From positions 1 to 64,000 of the forward strand of contig JBBIUX010000001.1 in NCBI GenBank assembly GCA_037440025.1: DNA of 64,000 bases, written 5' to 3'. Position 1 is the first letter of the stretch. Each line of letters begins with the position of its first letter. Source of the stretch: Candidatus Fraserbacteria bacterium. Its GTDB lineage: Bacteria > Bipolaricaulota > Bipolaricaulia > RBG-16-55-9 > DRXL01. Under the pieces are notes generated by a model. The model worked only from the letters and a program-made list of their open reading frames with translations. It was not told where the DNA came from and made no database searches. Shown piece after piece: positions 18,659 through 28,942 of this stretch. The position numbers were made by a program, and so were the translations under genes.

Positions 18659-21600
18659 CGTTTCGCGCCCTTTCGTTGCAGATACCCAGCTACGGCCCCA
18701 GCAACCCGACGCCCCGTCGAGATGCTCTGTGTAACAGTGCCGTACCCGAACGCGACATCTCCGCAGGCGAAAACCCCCGGCTGAGAGGAGACCCCGGCGA
18801 AGGTCACTCCGATCTTGTGGTTGAACCGTACTCCGCTCCCTCTCAGAAACTCTAGGTCCGCCCTCTCCCCGATGGCAAAGATGACCGTGTCTATCTCGAC
18901 GTGAAATTCGCTATTGGGGACCGGCACGGGCTGGCGCCGCCCGCTGGCATCGAGCGGCCCCGGCTGCATATGGACCAGATCGAGGCCACAGACTCGACCG
19001 TCCTGTGTCGCCAGTCGGATCGGCATAGCCTGGAACTCGAAGTGCACGTCTTCTAAAATAGCTTCGTCTATCTCTTCGCGGATCGCGGGCATCTCGTCGG
19101 CGGTGCGCCGGTAATAGACCGTCACGCTTGCTCCGAGGCGTCGCGCCGCGCGGGCGCAGTCAATGGCCGTGTTGCCCCCGCCGATGACTGCCACCCGGCG
19201 TCCCAATTTGATCTTGCGCCCTCGGTTGACACTTCGGAGAAAATCCAAGCCGTAGAGCAAGCCATCACGTGTCTCGCCGGTGGCTTCCAGGTGCAGTGCT
19301 TGCGGGGCCGAGTCGCCTACCGCAATGACCACGGCATCGTATTCTTTCTGTATCTCAGCGAAGCTGACATCGCGTCCCACGTGGACCCCACACTGGATCT
19401 CGGCGCCCATCATAGAGAGCCGATCAATCTCGCGATCTACGATCTCCTTGGGCAGCCGGAAAGCAGGGATGCCGTAGCGCATCATGCCTCCGGGTTTTTC
19501 GAACGATTCTAAGACCGTCACTTGAAAACCGCGTCGTCGGAGATAGAACGCAGCCGACAGCCCTGCAGGCCCAGAGCCAATAATCACGGCTCTTTCGGGG
19601 CGCTCTTCTGTTGGCTTGAATTCAGCTCCGCTGAAGTGCTCGATCCCGTAGTCTCCTAAGAATCTCTCGACGTCACGGACGGAGAGCTTGGCCGGGTGCC
19701 CCGGCGTGGGGAATTCTTTCACAAGCTCGGGATAGCGTTCAGCGTAGAGTTTCTCTTGTGGCCAGCCTAACGCATTGATTTCGTGATCGCACGGGTGTGG
19801 GCAGACCCGCCCGGCGACCGCCGGGAAGGGGTTCGTTCGCATCAGCACTTTGAATGCGTCAGCGTAGCGTTTTTGATGGACAAGCTCTAGCACTTGGGGG
19901 ATGTCAATCCCAGCGTTACAGTCTGCGCAGGCTTGTTGACAGTGTGTGCACGCGACACAGAGCAATTTATTGATCTCGATGTGGCCGTCTTGGATTCCAA
20001 TAGCTGGACAGCCCAGCCCTGTGCAGGCATGACAGTCGGTGCACTTCTTGAAGTCTACGGAGACGATCTCGCCGAAGCGGCGCTTCTCTTTGAGCACGCA
20101 GGGCGCGTCGGCAACGATGACGGACGGCTCTTTGCGACGAAGCGCTTCGTCTATTGTGCGCCAGGCTACCAGAAGATCATACGGATCTACGCGACGGACA
20201 TGCTTGATCCCTAAGCCCTTCACTAAGGGCTCGATCTCGATAGCTTTGGCTGGGTCGCCCTTGATGGTGTACCCGGTGCCGGGATGCTCTTGGTGGCCGG
20301 TCATGGCCGTCGTGTGGTTATCTAAGATCACTGTGACCGTCTGGCCGCCGTTGTAGAGAATATCTACCAAAGCTGGGATGCCGGAGTGATAGAACGTCGA
20401 GTCGCCGATGACGGCGACCAGTCTCTTTTTCTCTTCTTCAGAAAAGACCTTGGCCATGCCGTGGGCCATAGAGAGCGAAGCGCCCATGTTCATGCATGTG
20501 TCCATGGCGTCTAACGGTGCCAGCGCGCCCAGGGTATAGCAGCCGATGTCGCCCGAAACTATAGCTGCTAGCTGTTTGAGCACATAAAAAATCCCGCGAT
20601 GCATGCAGCCGGCACAGAGAATCGGGGGGCGCGGCGGCAGGAGGGGCAGCTCGACGGGAGGAGGGGTGACCCCGTCGCTGACGCGCTGCACCGCCTGCCG
20701 TAGCAGCCCTACTGACAGTTCGCCAAAACGCGGGAGATGGATCTCTTCAAGAGCGATCCCCAAGGCGCGGACTTGTTCGGTCAAGTACGGTTCGAGCTCC
20801 TCGATGACGACGATGCGATGCTTGCCCTGGGCGAAGTTTTTAATCAACTCTCTGGGCAGGGGGTGGGTCATGCCCAATTTGAGCATCGTTGAGTTTGGAA
20901 AGGCCTCGCGAGCGTAGAGAAAGGCTGCCCCAGCAGTGATAACCGCCAGGTCGTCTGAGCCCTCGAAAATCTGAGCCCAGCGTTCGGCCTCTTTTTTTAA
21001 TGCGGGGATACGTTCGGTCTCGATCCGTTGGTGACGGATGCGCCCGTGGGCCGGGAGAACTACGTTCTTTGGGACGTTTTTGCGATAAGGCCGACGGGGG
21101 ATTTCCTGCCGGTCGCCCAACGTGACTTGGCTCTTGCCGTGCGAGACGCGAGTGGTTGTTCTCAGCAAGACGGGGGTATCGTACCGTTCGGAGATCTCAA
21201 AGGCTGCGGCCGTAAAGTCTTTGCACTCTTGCGTTGTGGCGGGTTCAAGCATGGCCACGCGCGCGGCCCGCGCTAACAATCTGTTATCTTGCTCGTTTTG
21301 TGATGAGTGCATCCCCGGATCGTCGGCTGAGACGACGACCAGCCCCGCGTTCACTCCCATATAAGCGACGGAGAAAAACGGATCAGCGGCGACGTTGAGC
21401 CCCACGTGTTTCATTGTCGCGATGGCTCGTCCGCCCGCCAGCGCTGCACCCACGGCAACCTCGAGGGCGACTTTTTCGTTGGTGGACCACTCGCAGTTCA
21501 CTTCGGGGTAGTGAGCGAGTGTCTCCAGGATCTCTGTGCTCGGTGTGCCGGGATAGCCGCAGCCGACGCGCACGCCCGCCTCCCACGCGCCGCGGGCAAT

Positions 21601-21669
21601 CGCTTCGTTGCCCGACAGCAAAACCGCGCATCGTTTCTCAGTTTTCGCGGCGAGCGCCTCGTTGGGCAT
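18655..21669 (-). CDS. iorA: indolepyruvate oxidoreductase alpha subunit fused to a GltD-like FAD/NAD(P) oxidoreductase
   Basis: GNEAIARGA, YPGTPSTE, GDIGCY, GDSTFYHSG, Fe-S motifs; then GRVCPHPC, IGSGPAGL, GGMMRYGIP, IGGGNTAID. Confidence 0.92.
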   Translation of the reverse strand: MPNEALAAKTEKRCAVLLSGNEAIARGAWEAGVRVGCGYPGTPSTEILETLAHYPEVNCEWSTNEKVALEVAVGAALAGGRAIATMKHVGLNVAADPFFSVAYMGVNAGLVVVSADDPGMHSSQNEQDNRLLARAARVAMLEPATTQECKDFTAAAFEISERYDTPVLLRTTTRVSHGKSQVTLGDRQEIPRRPYRKNVPKNVVLPAHGRIRHQRIETERIPALKKEAERWAQIFEGSDDLAVITAGAAFLYAREAFPNSTMLKLGMTHPLPRELIKNFAQGKHRIVVIEELEPYLTEQVRALGIALEEIHLPRFGELSVGLLRQAVQRVSDGVTPPPVELPLLPPRPPILCAGCMHRGIFYVLKQLAAIVSGDIGCYTLGALAPLDAMDTCMNMGASLSMAHGMAKVFSEEEKKRLVAVIGDSTFYHSGIPALVDILYNGGQTVTVILDNHTTAMTGHQEHPGTGYTIKGDPAKAIEIEPLVKGLGIKHVRRVDPYDLLVAWRTIDEALRRKEPSVIVADAPCVLKEKRRFGEIVSVDFKKCTDCHACTGLGCPAIGIQDGHIEINKLLCVACTHCQQACADCNAGIDIPQVLELVHQKRYADAFKVLMRTNPFPAVAGRVCPHPCDHEINALGWPQEKLYAERYPELVKEFPTPGHPAKLSVRDVERFLGDYGIEHFSGAEFKPTEERPERAVIIGSGPAGLSAAFYLRRRGFQVTVLESFEKPGGMMRYGIPAFRLPKEIVDREIDRLSMMGAEIQCGVHVGRDVSFAEIQKEYDAVVIAVGDSAPQALHLEATGETRDGLLYGLDFLRSVNRGRKIKLGRRVAVIGGGNTAIDCARAARRLGASVTVYYRRTADEMPAIREEIDEAILEDVHFEFQAMPIRLATQDGRVCGLDLVHMQPGPLDASGRRQPVPVPNSEFHVEIDTVIFAIGERADLEFLRGSGVRFNHKIGVTFAGVSSQPGVFACGDVAFGYGTVTQSISTGRRVAGAVAGYLQRKGAKR

Positions 21670-21682
21670 GGCGTACCTCCTC

Positions 21683-22576
21683 CTAAAAAGATGCGGCGTT
21701 CTTTCGGAGCTGCTCCCACCGAGCGTTCACGACCGTTTGCATCGCCTGAATCTCCTCTTCTGTGAGATGGCTGAACCGCCCCTGGAGCTTGAGATACTCG
21801 TTCACGGGGGCTCCAGCTTGGATTTCTCGACCAGGTTCGTTTAACGTATAGCGCTCTCCCCCCTCAACTTCATAGAGTGGGAAGACCTTCGTTTGCACCG
21901 CCAAGCGAGCGAGCTTGATCGCTAACTCGGATGGCGCCTTCCAGCCCGGCGGGCAGGGCGCCAGCACGTGCAGAAACTTCGTGCCGTATATGCTTTTTGC
22001 TTTCTGCACCTTACGGATGAAGTCGTCCGGGTACGCAATCGTCGCTGTCGCTGCGTAGGGAACACGATGAGCAACCATAATGGCCATAATATCTTTCTTC
22101 GGTTCGGTCTTTGGGGTCTTTTCGGGCGTGGTCGTCGTCCAAGCCAAGAAAGGCGTTGCGCCACTGCGCTGAACCCCTGTGTTCATATAGGCTTCGTTGT
22201 CGTAACAGATATAGATAATATTCTCGTTGCGCTCAGCTGCTCCGGAGAGCGCCTGTAACCCAATATCGAAAGTTCCCCCGTCACCGGCCCATGCGAGCAC
22301 GGTCGTCTCGGTGTCGCCTTGGACGTCGAGCGCGGCACGCACCCCAGAAGCCGCGACAGCAGCCGTCTCAAAGGCCGCGTGCAGCATCGGGACTTTGAGC
22401 GACGTGTAGGGAAACGGTCCTGCGATGATCGTCCAGCAGCACGCCGGAATGACAATGACTGTATTTTCTCCCACGGCTTTGAGCGCATAGCGCATGGCTA
22501 ACGCGCCGCCGCACCCTTGGCAGCCTAGATGGCCTGAGACCATCAATTCAGTAGACGGCAGAGTGAAATTCCTCAT
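21683..22576 (-). CDS. porB: pyruvate/2-oxoacid:ferredoxin oxidoreductase beta subunit
   Basis: GCQGCG, GDGGTFDIG, DNEAYMNTG, APCPPGW. Confidence 0.93.
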   Translation of the reverse strand: MRNFTLPSTELMVSGHLGCQGCGGALAMRYALKAVGENTVIVIPACCWTIIAGPFPYTSLKVPMLHAAFETAAVAASGVRAALDVQGDTETTVLAWAGDGGTFDIGLQALSGAAERNENIIYICYDNEAYMNTGVQRSGATPFLAWTTTTPEKTPKTEPKKDIMAIMVAHRVPYAATATIAYPDDFIRKVQKAKSIYGTKFLHVLAPCPPGWKAPSELAIKLARLAVQTKVFPLYEVEGGERYTLNEPGREIQAGAPVNEYLKLQGRFSHLTEEEIQAMQTVVNARWEQLRKNAASF

Positions 22577-23745
22577 CTTTTCACCCCGATCCAGATGAGA
22601 TCTTCGGGCTCATCGTGATTTTCTGTATAGTCAATGATTTCGCGAATGACCGCGGGGGTGATGTCTCGCCCTCCCAAGCCGGCGACAAACCCGAAGATCG
22701 AAGGACGCTGGTGTACGTTGTACAGAGCCGACTTGATCTCTTGGGCGAAAATTCCTCCCATCCCAAAACTGATATTTCTGTCTATGACAGCGACCTTGGC
22801 AACACCAGAGAGCGCCTGCCGCAGAAGTTCTTTGGGAAAGGGTCGAAAGAGTCGGACCTTCAGAAGCCCTATCTTGCGCCCCTCAGCCTGCAGCTCATCA
22901 ATGACTTCGCGGGCGGTGCTTGTGACAGTACCAGAAGTGACTAAGATTAAATCAGCGTCGTCGGCGCGATAGGGCTCGATCAACCCGTAGCAACGTCCGA
23001 AAAATTTTTCGAACTCTTCGTCAGCTCGCGCGAATTCTTCCAAAGCGTCTTCCATCGCTTGGTGCATTTTGTAGCGCAGTTCCATATAGACATCAGGCGG
23101 CGCGAGAGCTCCAAAAGAGCGCGGGCTGTTCACATCGAGCTTGTAGAGCGGCTGATAGAGCGGCAAATACTGGTCTACCAACGCTTGATCGGGAATCTCT
23201 ACTTGCTCGGCGGTGTGTGAGAGCACAAACGCGTCCAGCACCAGCATCGCGGGCATCAAGACTCTCTCGGCGACCTTGTACGCTTGAATGACTGTATCTA
23301 GGACTTCCTGGTTGCTCTCACAGTATAGTTGCATCCAGCCCGTGTCGCGCTGGGCTAAGCTGTCGTTTTGATCGGTCCAGACGGACCAGGGCGGACCCAT
23401 CGCTCTGTTAATATCGGCCAGGACGATGGGCAGTCTCGCTCCGGCGGCCCAGTGGAGCATCTCATGCATGAGGGCTAGGCCGTGAGCGCTCGTCGCTGTG
23501 AAGGTACGTGCGCCGGTGCTTGCCGCGCCGACCAGCGCAGCCATTGCCGAGTGCTCCGATTCGACTTTGATGAACTTGGCACGAAGTGCCCCGTTGGCAC
23601 ACAGTTCGCTCAAGAGTTCGACGACTTGCGTCTGCGGCGTGATAGGGTAAGCAGAAATAACTTGCACACGCGAGAGCATCGCCCCATATGAGACGGCGTG
23701 GTTTCCCGTAACGACCTTTTTTGTGCCGGTCAGAACAGTCGTCAT
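22573..23745 (-). CDS. porA: pyruvate/2-oxoacid:ferredoxin oxidoreductase alpha subunit
   Basis: AYPITPQT, VESEHSA, TATSAHGL, GLGGRD. Confidence 0.93.
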   Translation of the reverse strand: MTTVLTGTKKVVTGNHAVSYGAMLSRVQVISAYPITPQTQVVELLSELCANGALRAKFIKVESEHSAMAALVGAASTGARTFTATSAHGLALMHEMLHWAAGARLPIVLADINRAMGPPWSVWTDQNDSLAQRDTGWMQLYCESNQEVLDTVIQAYKVAERVLMPAMLVLDAFVLSHTAEQVEIPDQALVDQYLPLYQPLYKLDVNSPRSFGALAPPDVYMELRYKMHQAMEDALEEFARADEEFEKFFGRCYGLIEPYRADDADLILVTSGTVTSTAREVIDELQAEGRKIGLLKVRLFRPFPKELLRQALSGVAKVAVIDRNISFGMGGIFAQEIKSALYNVHQRPSIFGFVAGLGGRDITPAVIREIIDYTENHDEPEDLIWIGVKR

Positions 23746-25397
23746 AGCTCCTCCTCAGCGAGCGAGATCACGCTGCGCGGACACTCTTCGGCGCAGATTC
23801 CGCATCCTTTGCAGAAATCAAAGTCTATCTCATAGCCGCCGTTCACCCGCGCGATGGCCGCATCGGGGCAGAAGAGCCAGCAGTTATCACAATAATTACA
23901 GACGCCGCAGGAGAAGCAGCGCCCGGCTTCGGCGCGTGCCAGCTCTGCCGAGATAGGCTGTTTGCTTTCAGAGAAGTTTGTGATGCGCTCAGAGGCAGGG
24001 AGGTGCTCTGTCGGCACTCTGGGCAGGTGCGCGAAATAACTGAAATTCACGCGCAGGGCCTCTTCGAGCTTCACGGCTTTGGGCTTGCGCTCGCCACGTA
24101 AGAAGCTTTGAATAGCGCGGGCGGCTTCCTTGCCCGCTCCAATCGCTTGCACCACGGTGCTTGGGCCGGTCTGCGCGTCGCCGCCTATAAAAATCCCCGT
24201 GCGCTCTAAGAGCTCTTGAGAACGATCAATGATAATGCCTTCGCTCGTCTCTAAGCTCTGGGACAGGAACGGGAGCTCAGGCTCCTCGCCCACGGCCTTC
24301 AGCACGGCGTCAGCTCTTAAAACAAATGCAGAGCCGGGGATCGGGACCGGTCGGCGGCGCCCGCTCTGGTCGGGCTCGCCCAACTGCATCCGAATGAACT
24401 GGACTTCTAGCTGTCCGTTGAGACGTCGGATCACCTGCGGCGCCGCCAAGAATTCGAACTGGATTCCCTCATGCTCGGCCTCTTCGATCTCTTCGGAGAT
24501 CGCGGGCATCTCTCCTCGTGTGCGGCGATAGACAACCACGGGGCGAGCGCCCAGTCGCAACGCGGTGCGCGCCGCGTCCATGGCAGTATTGCCCCCGCCG
24601 ATCACTAAGACTTTTGTGCCGATCTGTACGGACCTCCCGACGTTGATTGTCTTGAGAAATTCCAATCCCGTCAGAGCCAGCTCTTCGCCGGGGATGCCCA
24701 GTGGTCGGCTGCGATGCGCGCCGGTCGCGATGAAGACGGCATCGTGTTGCTCCCAGAGTTTTTCCAAATCCATGTCGCGTCCGATACGGGTATTGACAGT
24801 GAACTCTACTCCCCAGCGTGCGATCAGCTCGATCTCTCGATCCAGAATTTCACGCGGCAGACGGTATGGGGGAATGCCGACTCGCAACATGCCGCCCGGC
24901 TCGCTCTCAGCCTCGAAGACCGTCACGGAGTAGCCGTCTTTCGCCAAAAAATACGCGCATGTCAGCCCCGCTGGCCCTGAGCCGACGACGGCCACTCGTT
25001 CGGCCCGACGTGCTCGCGAGGGAATTTCGTCTTCGAGGTCGAAGCACTCGTCAGCGACGAAGCGCTCGATGGCCGCTACAGAAAGAGCCTCGTCGAAATC
25101 TTTTCGGTTACAGGCGCTCTCGCAGGGATGGTAGCAGACCCGCCCGCAGACTCCGGGTAAGGGGCTTGTCTGACGGAAGAGCCGCCAGGCGTCTCTATAT
25201 CGGCCTTCAGCGACCAAGCTCATGATCCGGGGAATATCGTTTCCGGCAGGGCAAGCTCCTGTGCAAGGTGCGAGTTTTTCGCTATAGATCGGACGTAGAT
25301 AGCGCCAGCTCCCCGTTCGGTTGTGGCCCATGTCGGCGAGCGAGACGGCCATCGGCGGCATCTCTTGCTCGCTCGTGAAAACGATGGGGTGCTTCAT
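23742..25397 (-). CDS. POR delta subunit with an inserted GltD-like FAD/NAD(P) module
   Basis: N-terminal NRTGSWRYLRP and C-terminal CNYCDNCWLFCPD / CKGCGICAEECP (PorD) flank CTGACPAG, GRVCYHPCE, GSGPAG, GGGNTAMD. Confidence 0.88.
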   Translation of the reverse strand: MKHPIVFTSEQEMPPMAVSLADMGHNRTGSWRYLRPIYSEKLAPCTGACPAGNDIPRIMSLVAEGRYRDAWRLFRQTSPLPGVCGRVCYHPCESACNRKDFDEALSVAAIERFVADECFDLEDEIPSRARRAERVAVVGSGPAGLTCAYFLAKDGYSVTVFEAESEPGGMLRVGIPPYRLPREILDREIELIARWGVEFTVNTRIGRDMDLEKLWEQHDAVFIATGAHRSRPLGIPGEELALTGLEFLKTINVGRSVQIGTKVLVIGGGNTAMDAARTALRLGARPVVVYRRTRGEMPAISEEIEEAEHEGIQFEFLAAPQVIRRLNGQLEVQFIRMQLGEPDQSGRRRPVPIPGSAFVLRADAVLKAVGEEPELPFLSQSLETSEGIIIDRSQELLERTGIFIGGDAQTGPSTVVQAIGAGKEAARAIQSFLRGERKPKAVKLEEALRVNFSYFAHLPRVPTEHLPASERITNFSESKQPISAELARAEAGRCFSCGVCNYCDNCWLFCPDAAIARVNGGYEIDFDFCKGCGICAEECPRSVISLAEEEL

Positions 25398-26089
25398 GGC
25401 CCTCTCCTTTCATGGAAGACCTCTTTCCCTGCTCCTCTCTGAACCTCTCCCCCGGCCCCTCCCCTAAAGTGGGAGGGGAGCCCCTTCCCTTTAGTAGGGA
25501 AGGGGGTGGGGGTAGGTAGGGTGAGGGTGTTCGGTCTGGCGATGGTAACGCGCTCGTAGGCTTCACGAGCGGCGGCTTGATTTCTCTCTTGCTGGCGAGC
25601 TGGGATTCTTTCGGCAATAGACTCTACAATGGCCTCCACGCTCACAAAGCCGGTGACCCGGGCGAAGGCCCCTAAAATAGCTGTATTGACAATGGGATTG
25701 GTTCGTGTGCCCAATTCATGCGCGACGGCAATAGCCCCCGCAGGCACGGTGGCGACCCGAAATGTGTTAAAGGTCGCAAAACTCTCCGGGGTGCGGTCGC
25801 TGTTGATGAGAATCGAGCCCCCCGGCTTGAGCCCCACGGTGACGTCCACCGCAGAGAGCAACGTCGGGTCGAGGACAACGACGTGATCGGGTTCGTAAAT
25901 CTGGCAGCGGCGGCGGATCGGAGCGGTATCAAATCTTAAAAAAGCCATAACAGGGGCACCGCGACGCTCGACGCCGAAGGCCGGAAACGCCTGGACGAAC
26001 TTCCCTTCTTTGAAGAGGGCTGTCGCTAAGATTTCTGACGCCACGACTGCCCCTTGGCCGCCCCGTCCGTGAAATCTCACTTCGATCAT
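25394..26089 (-). CDS. porC: pyruvate/2-oxoacid:ferredoxin oxidoreductase gamma subunit, with repeat-derived C-terminal tail
   Basis: EVRFHGRGGQG, FGVERRGAP, NTAILGA. Confidence 0.92.
   Translation of the reverse strand: MIEVRFHGRGGQGAVVASEILATALFKEGKFVQAFPAFGVERRGAPVMAFLRFDTAPIRRRCQIYEPDHVVVLDPTLLSAVDVTVGLKPGGSILINSDRTPESFATFNTFRVATVPAGAIAVAHELGTRTNPIVNTAILGAFARVTGFVSVEAIVESIAERIPARQQERNQAAAREAYERVTIARPNTLTLPTPTPFPTKGKGLPSHFRGGAGGEVQRGAGKEVFHERRGP
25437..25530. repeat. family A-related palindromic repeat inside the porC 3' end
   Basis: cccctcccc-taaagt-gggagggg and ccccttccct-ttagt-agggaagggg hairpins. Confidence 0.7.
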
Positions 26090-26349
26090 TGGGAATCAAC
26101 TCCCGTCGGTTTCATCTTCATCCTAACGTTGATAGGGTTGAAAACTCAATGATCTGGGCCAGCTGAAAAACTGCTCTTCGTCATATGAGACCAAAGGAGA
26201 GAGCTTGGCATCGGGAGTGATTGCCTGATGCGTGGCAGCCTAGAATATGATCGGCGACATTGCTGATTGGAAAGAAGGAGACTAGACTGATGGGGAACGT
26301 TGGGGTGTACGGGACGTCGCGTCGCAACGTTCTCAGGAAGGAGACGTCT

Positions 26350-26655
26350 ATGGCAGGCTTTCGGCTGCGCGATGGAATTGGGATTGAGCTCTTTCTCCAA
26401 CGCCTTGTGGATGTGACTTTAGCAGAGATCGAACAACAGTACGGCCCTCCGATGCCAGAGTTCAAGTCCTGCATCGAGCGTGCCCTCAAGCGCGTGCTCC
26501 ATTATGAGATGGAGGCCTCGCCGTTGTGCGGGCTCTCGACGACGTGCAGCCCTGCTGAGGGAATGCGCGCGCGCCCTTGGTCACATCAGGCAGCAGCGTG
26601 GGGGTTGGTTTCGAAACCCGATCCCGAGTTGGAGGAACTGGCGAAACGCTCTTAG
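26350..26655 (+). CDS. hypothetical protein
   Basis: AAGGAG SD before ATG at 26350 (MAGFRLRDG...). Confidence 0.6.
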   Translation: MAGFRLRDGIGIELFLQRLVDVTLAEIEQQYGPPMPEFKSCIERALKRVLHYEMEASPLCGLSTTCSPAEGMRARPWSHQAAAWGLVSKPDPELEELAKRS

Positions 26656-26656
26656 A

Positions 26657-27283
26657 TCAGTGCCCAAGCTCGATGCTGAAAGTGACGGTCGCTTGGTCAA
26701 TGATCTCGCCGGCTTGGTCGCGCAAAATCGCGACAAATTGTGTTGGTCCAGGTGGAAAGCGTTTGGGAGTGGCGGCAAAGCCGACGGGCAGCCGAAGCGT
26801 CTGTGCTCGTCCCAGCCGAATGGAGCGGGGGCCAAAGAGTTTTTCGGTCGTCCCATCGCCTTTGGCAACGTAAAGCTCACCGATGACCCGCCAGTCGCTC
26901 GTCTGAACATTGATGAGGGTAGCGACGAACTCGATCCGCCCTGAGAGCGGGACGCTTAGGGCGCTGACGGGGTCAAGCCGAACGGCGCGGCCGGGGACGA
27001 TGGGCGTGCTTTGGGACAAAGAGTTACCAGCGGCAGCGGGGTGTTCCGCAACAGATGGTCTTTCAGTGGCCGGGGGTCGAGCGGAGCTTGTCCTGAACCG
27101 TTGTGGATCAATGAAGTCATTGCCCAAAGCATCTTCTCTTGAGCTGTTCTGTAAGAACGGGGTGCTCTTACTTGGTATCAAGCCCCCTTCGTGAGGCATC
27201 GGCCGAGAGACCGACCACCCCAAGCTCAAGGTCGTCGCTAAGAGCAGTACGCTCCAGCGTTGCGCCCGTTTCTTACCGTTCAT
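26657..27283 (-). CDS. hypothetical exported protein
   Basis: Signal-peptide-like N-terminus; beta-rich C-terminal domain. Confidence 0.65.
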   Translation of the reverse strand: MNGKKRAQRWSVLLLATTLSLGWSVSRPMPHEGGLIPSKSTPFLQNSSREDALGNDFIDPQRFRTSSARPPATERPSVAEHPAAAGNSLSQSTPIVPGRAVRLDPVSALSVPLSGRIEFVATLINVQTSDWRVIGELYVAKGDGTTEKLFGPRSIRLGRAQTLRLPVGFAATPKRFPPGPTQFVAILRDQAGEIIDQATVTFSIELGH

Positions 27284-27382
27284 AGTGAGCTTATCTTACT
27301 CTAGAAGGGCGTCTGGCCTGAAGAGAGAGAGCCCCATAGTGTGACGAAGTCCGGCACCCTTCTTTGGGACAGGGGGCCCAAA

Positions 27383-27450
27383 TCCCTCATCCTTACACCT
27401 TCACTCCTAGCCTCTCTCCCCTCTGAGGGAGAGGGGGAGGGGGTGAGGGT
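27383..27450. repeat. family A-related palindromic repeat
   Basis: ccctcatcc...ctctccc-ctctga-ggggagag...gggtgaggg. Confidence 0.65.
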
Positions 27451-27626
27451 CAAAAAGAGCGACCCCCCGGCTTGCTTCAGCCAGGGGGCTGCTGATCGGA
27501 GGTTTCCGCCAATGTTTAGAAGATGTCTGAAGTATAAAAGTCTTTCAGAGAAAAAGAGAGGAGCCCTGTCTGCTCGGAGCGCATGAACCCAAGACCTCTT
27601 TGGAGGACAAGGGCGTGTAATGAGGA

Positions 27627-28253
27627 TTACGAAGCGCGCATTAGGAGTTCTGTGAAAAGTTTGCGCGCGCACTCGAGAGACTCTTCAATAGTGCCTGAAG
27701 TATCGAGCACGAAGTCGGCTTTGGCAGCAAGTAGCTCCGGGGGCGTTTGGGCTTCGACGCGGCGACGGGCTTCTTCAGACGAGAGGCCACTACGGGTTAT
27801 GAGTCTCTCAATTTGGGCCTCAGGGGAGGCGCGCACGAGCACGATATAATCGAAAAAATCGCGTTTCACGTACGGTGATTCAAGCAAGAGCGCCGCTTCA
27901 ATGATTAATACTTTCGCGCTCTGAGCACGGTGAAGTTCGGCTTCTCTTTGCAATGCGTTGTGTACTGCCGGATGCACGATAGTATTTAAGAATTCGCGCG
28001 CCTGTGGGTCACGAAAGACCAACGCGCCCAATTTCTTCCGGTCAATCTCGCCGTCTGCTGTGAGAATTTTCTCGCCGAAGCGCGCCACGAGCTTTTTGTA
28101 TGTCTCTGTATTTTTTTTATACGTCTCCCAAGCAATCTTGTCCGCGTCAACGACGGCAACGCCGGGCAGCTTCGCTGCTTCTTGCGCGATGAGGCTCTTG
28201 CCTGTGGCGATGCCTCCCGCCAGGCCGACGATCAACATTTCTTTAGTTTTCAA
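27627..28253 (-). CDS. coaE: dephospho-CoA kinase
   Basis: GLAGGIATGKS, DADKIA, IDRKKLG, IVHP. Confidence 0.94.
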   Translation of the reverse strand: MKTKEMLIVGLAGGIATGKSLIAQEAAKLPGVAVVDADKIAWETYKKNTETYKKLVARFGEKILTADGEIDRKKLGALVFRDPQAREFLNTIVHPAVHNALQREAELHRAQSAKVLIIEAALLLESPYVKRDFFDYIVLVRASPEAQIERLITRSGLSSEEARRRVEAQTPPELLAAKADFVLDTSGTIEESLECARKLFTELLMRAS

Positions 28254-28935
28254 AGCTCAAAAACTCGCGCCAGCGCTGATAAAGCTCGGCGGTCGCGCGC
28301 ACGTCATCAAAACAGTATTGGGCGATCTCGCGGTACTTGCCCTCGTTGAAAAGCGCGTTCATCTGCGGCCCGGAGAACCGGCCTTTGGGGCTTGCTATTC
28401 CGAATGCTTTACAGTAAAAATCGAGATTGAACTTTCGGATCGCGCCATAAAACGTCAGTTGATCTAACAGATCGCAATGAATATCGGCGCTAAACCGAGG
28501 AGGCATCAGATTGCGACTGGGCTTGATGCCCAACAGGGCCGAGCGCAGCAATAAAAATGGGCAATCGAAGCCGCGACCGTTAAAGCTAATAAATTGTCTG
28601 TACGAGCGCACGTCCTCCCAAAATCTTTTCAGAATTTCTGTTTCGCTACCTGACTCATACTCGACACGGCCATCCTCCGAGCGCCACGACTCTTTCGTTG
28701 GGGCCTGATAGTAGACGCGGCCCTTCTGGCTTTCGATGTTGAGCATCCCGATGGCGACGACTTGGGCAGTGAACGGATAGAGATTGAGCTGAGCGATGAG
28801 TTCTTCGCGCTTGCGTTGTTGAAGTTCAGGCGTCTCTTCGCGCTCTGCCCATTTCAAAAGATATTGTTGCTGAGCTTCGTCAAAAGATTCTAACGGCATT
28901 CCGACGGTCTCGATATCGAAGACGAGTTGGGCCAT
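28243..28935 (-). CDS. PolB-like DEDD 3'-5' exonuclease
   Basis: VFDIET, SFNGRGFD, HCDL, YCFDDV. Confidence 0.88.
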   Translation of the reverse strand: MAQLVFDIETVGMPLESFDEAQQQYLLKWAEREETPELQQRKREELIAQLNLYPFTAQVVAIGMLNIESQKGRVYYQAPTKESWRSEDGRVEYESGSETEILKRFWEDVRSYRQFISFNGRGFDCPFLLLRSALLGIKPSRNLMPPRFSADIHCDLLDQLTFYGAIRKFNLDFYCKAFGIASPKGRFSGPQMNALFNEGKYREIAQYCFDDVRATAELYQRWREFLSFEN

Positions 28936-28942
28936 AGAGCTA

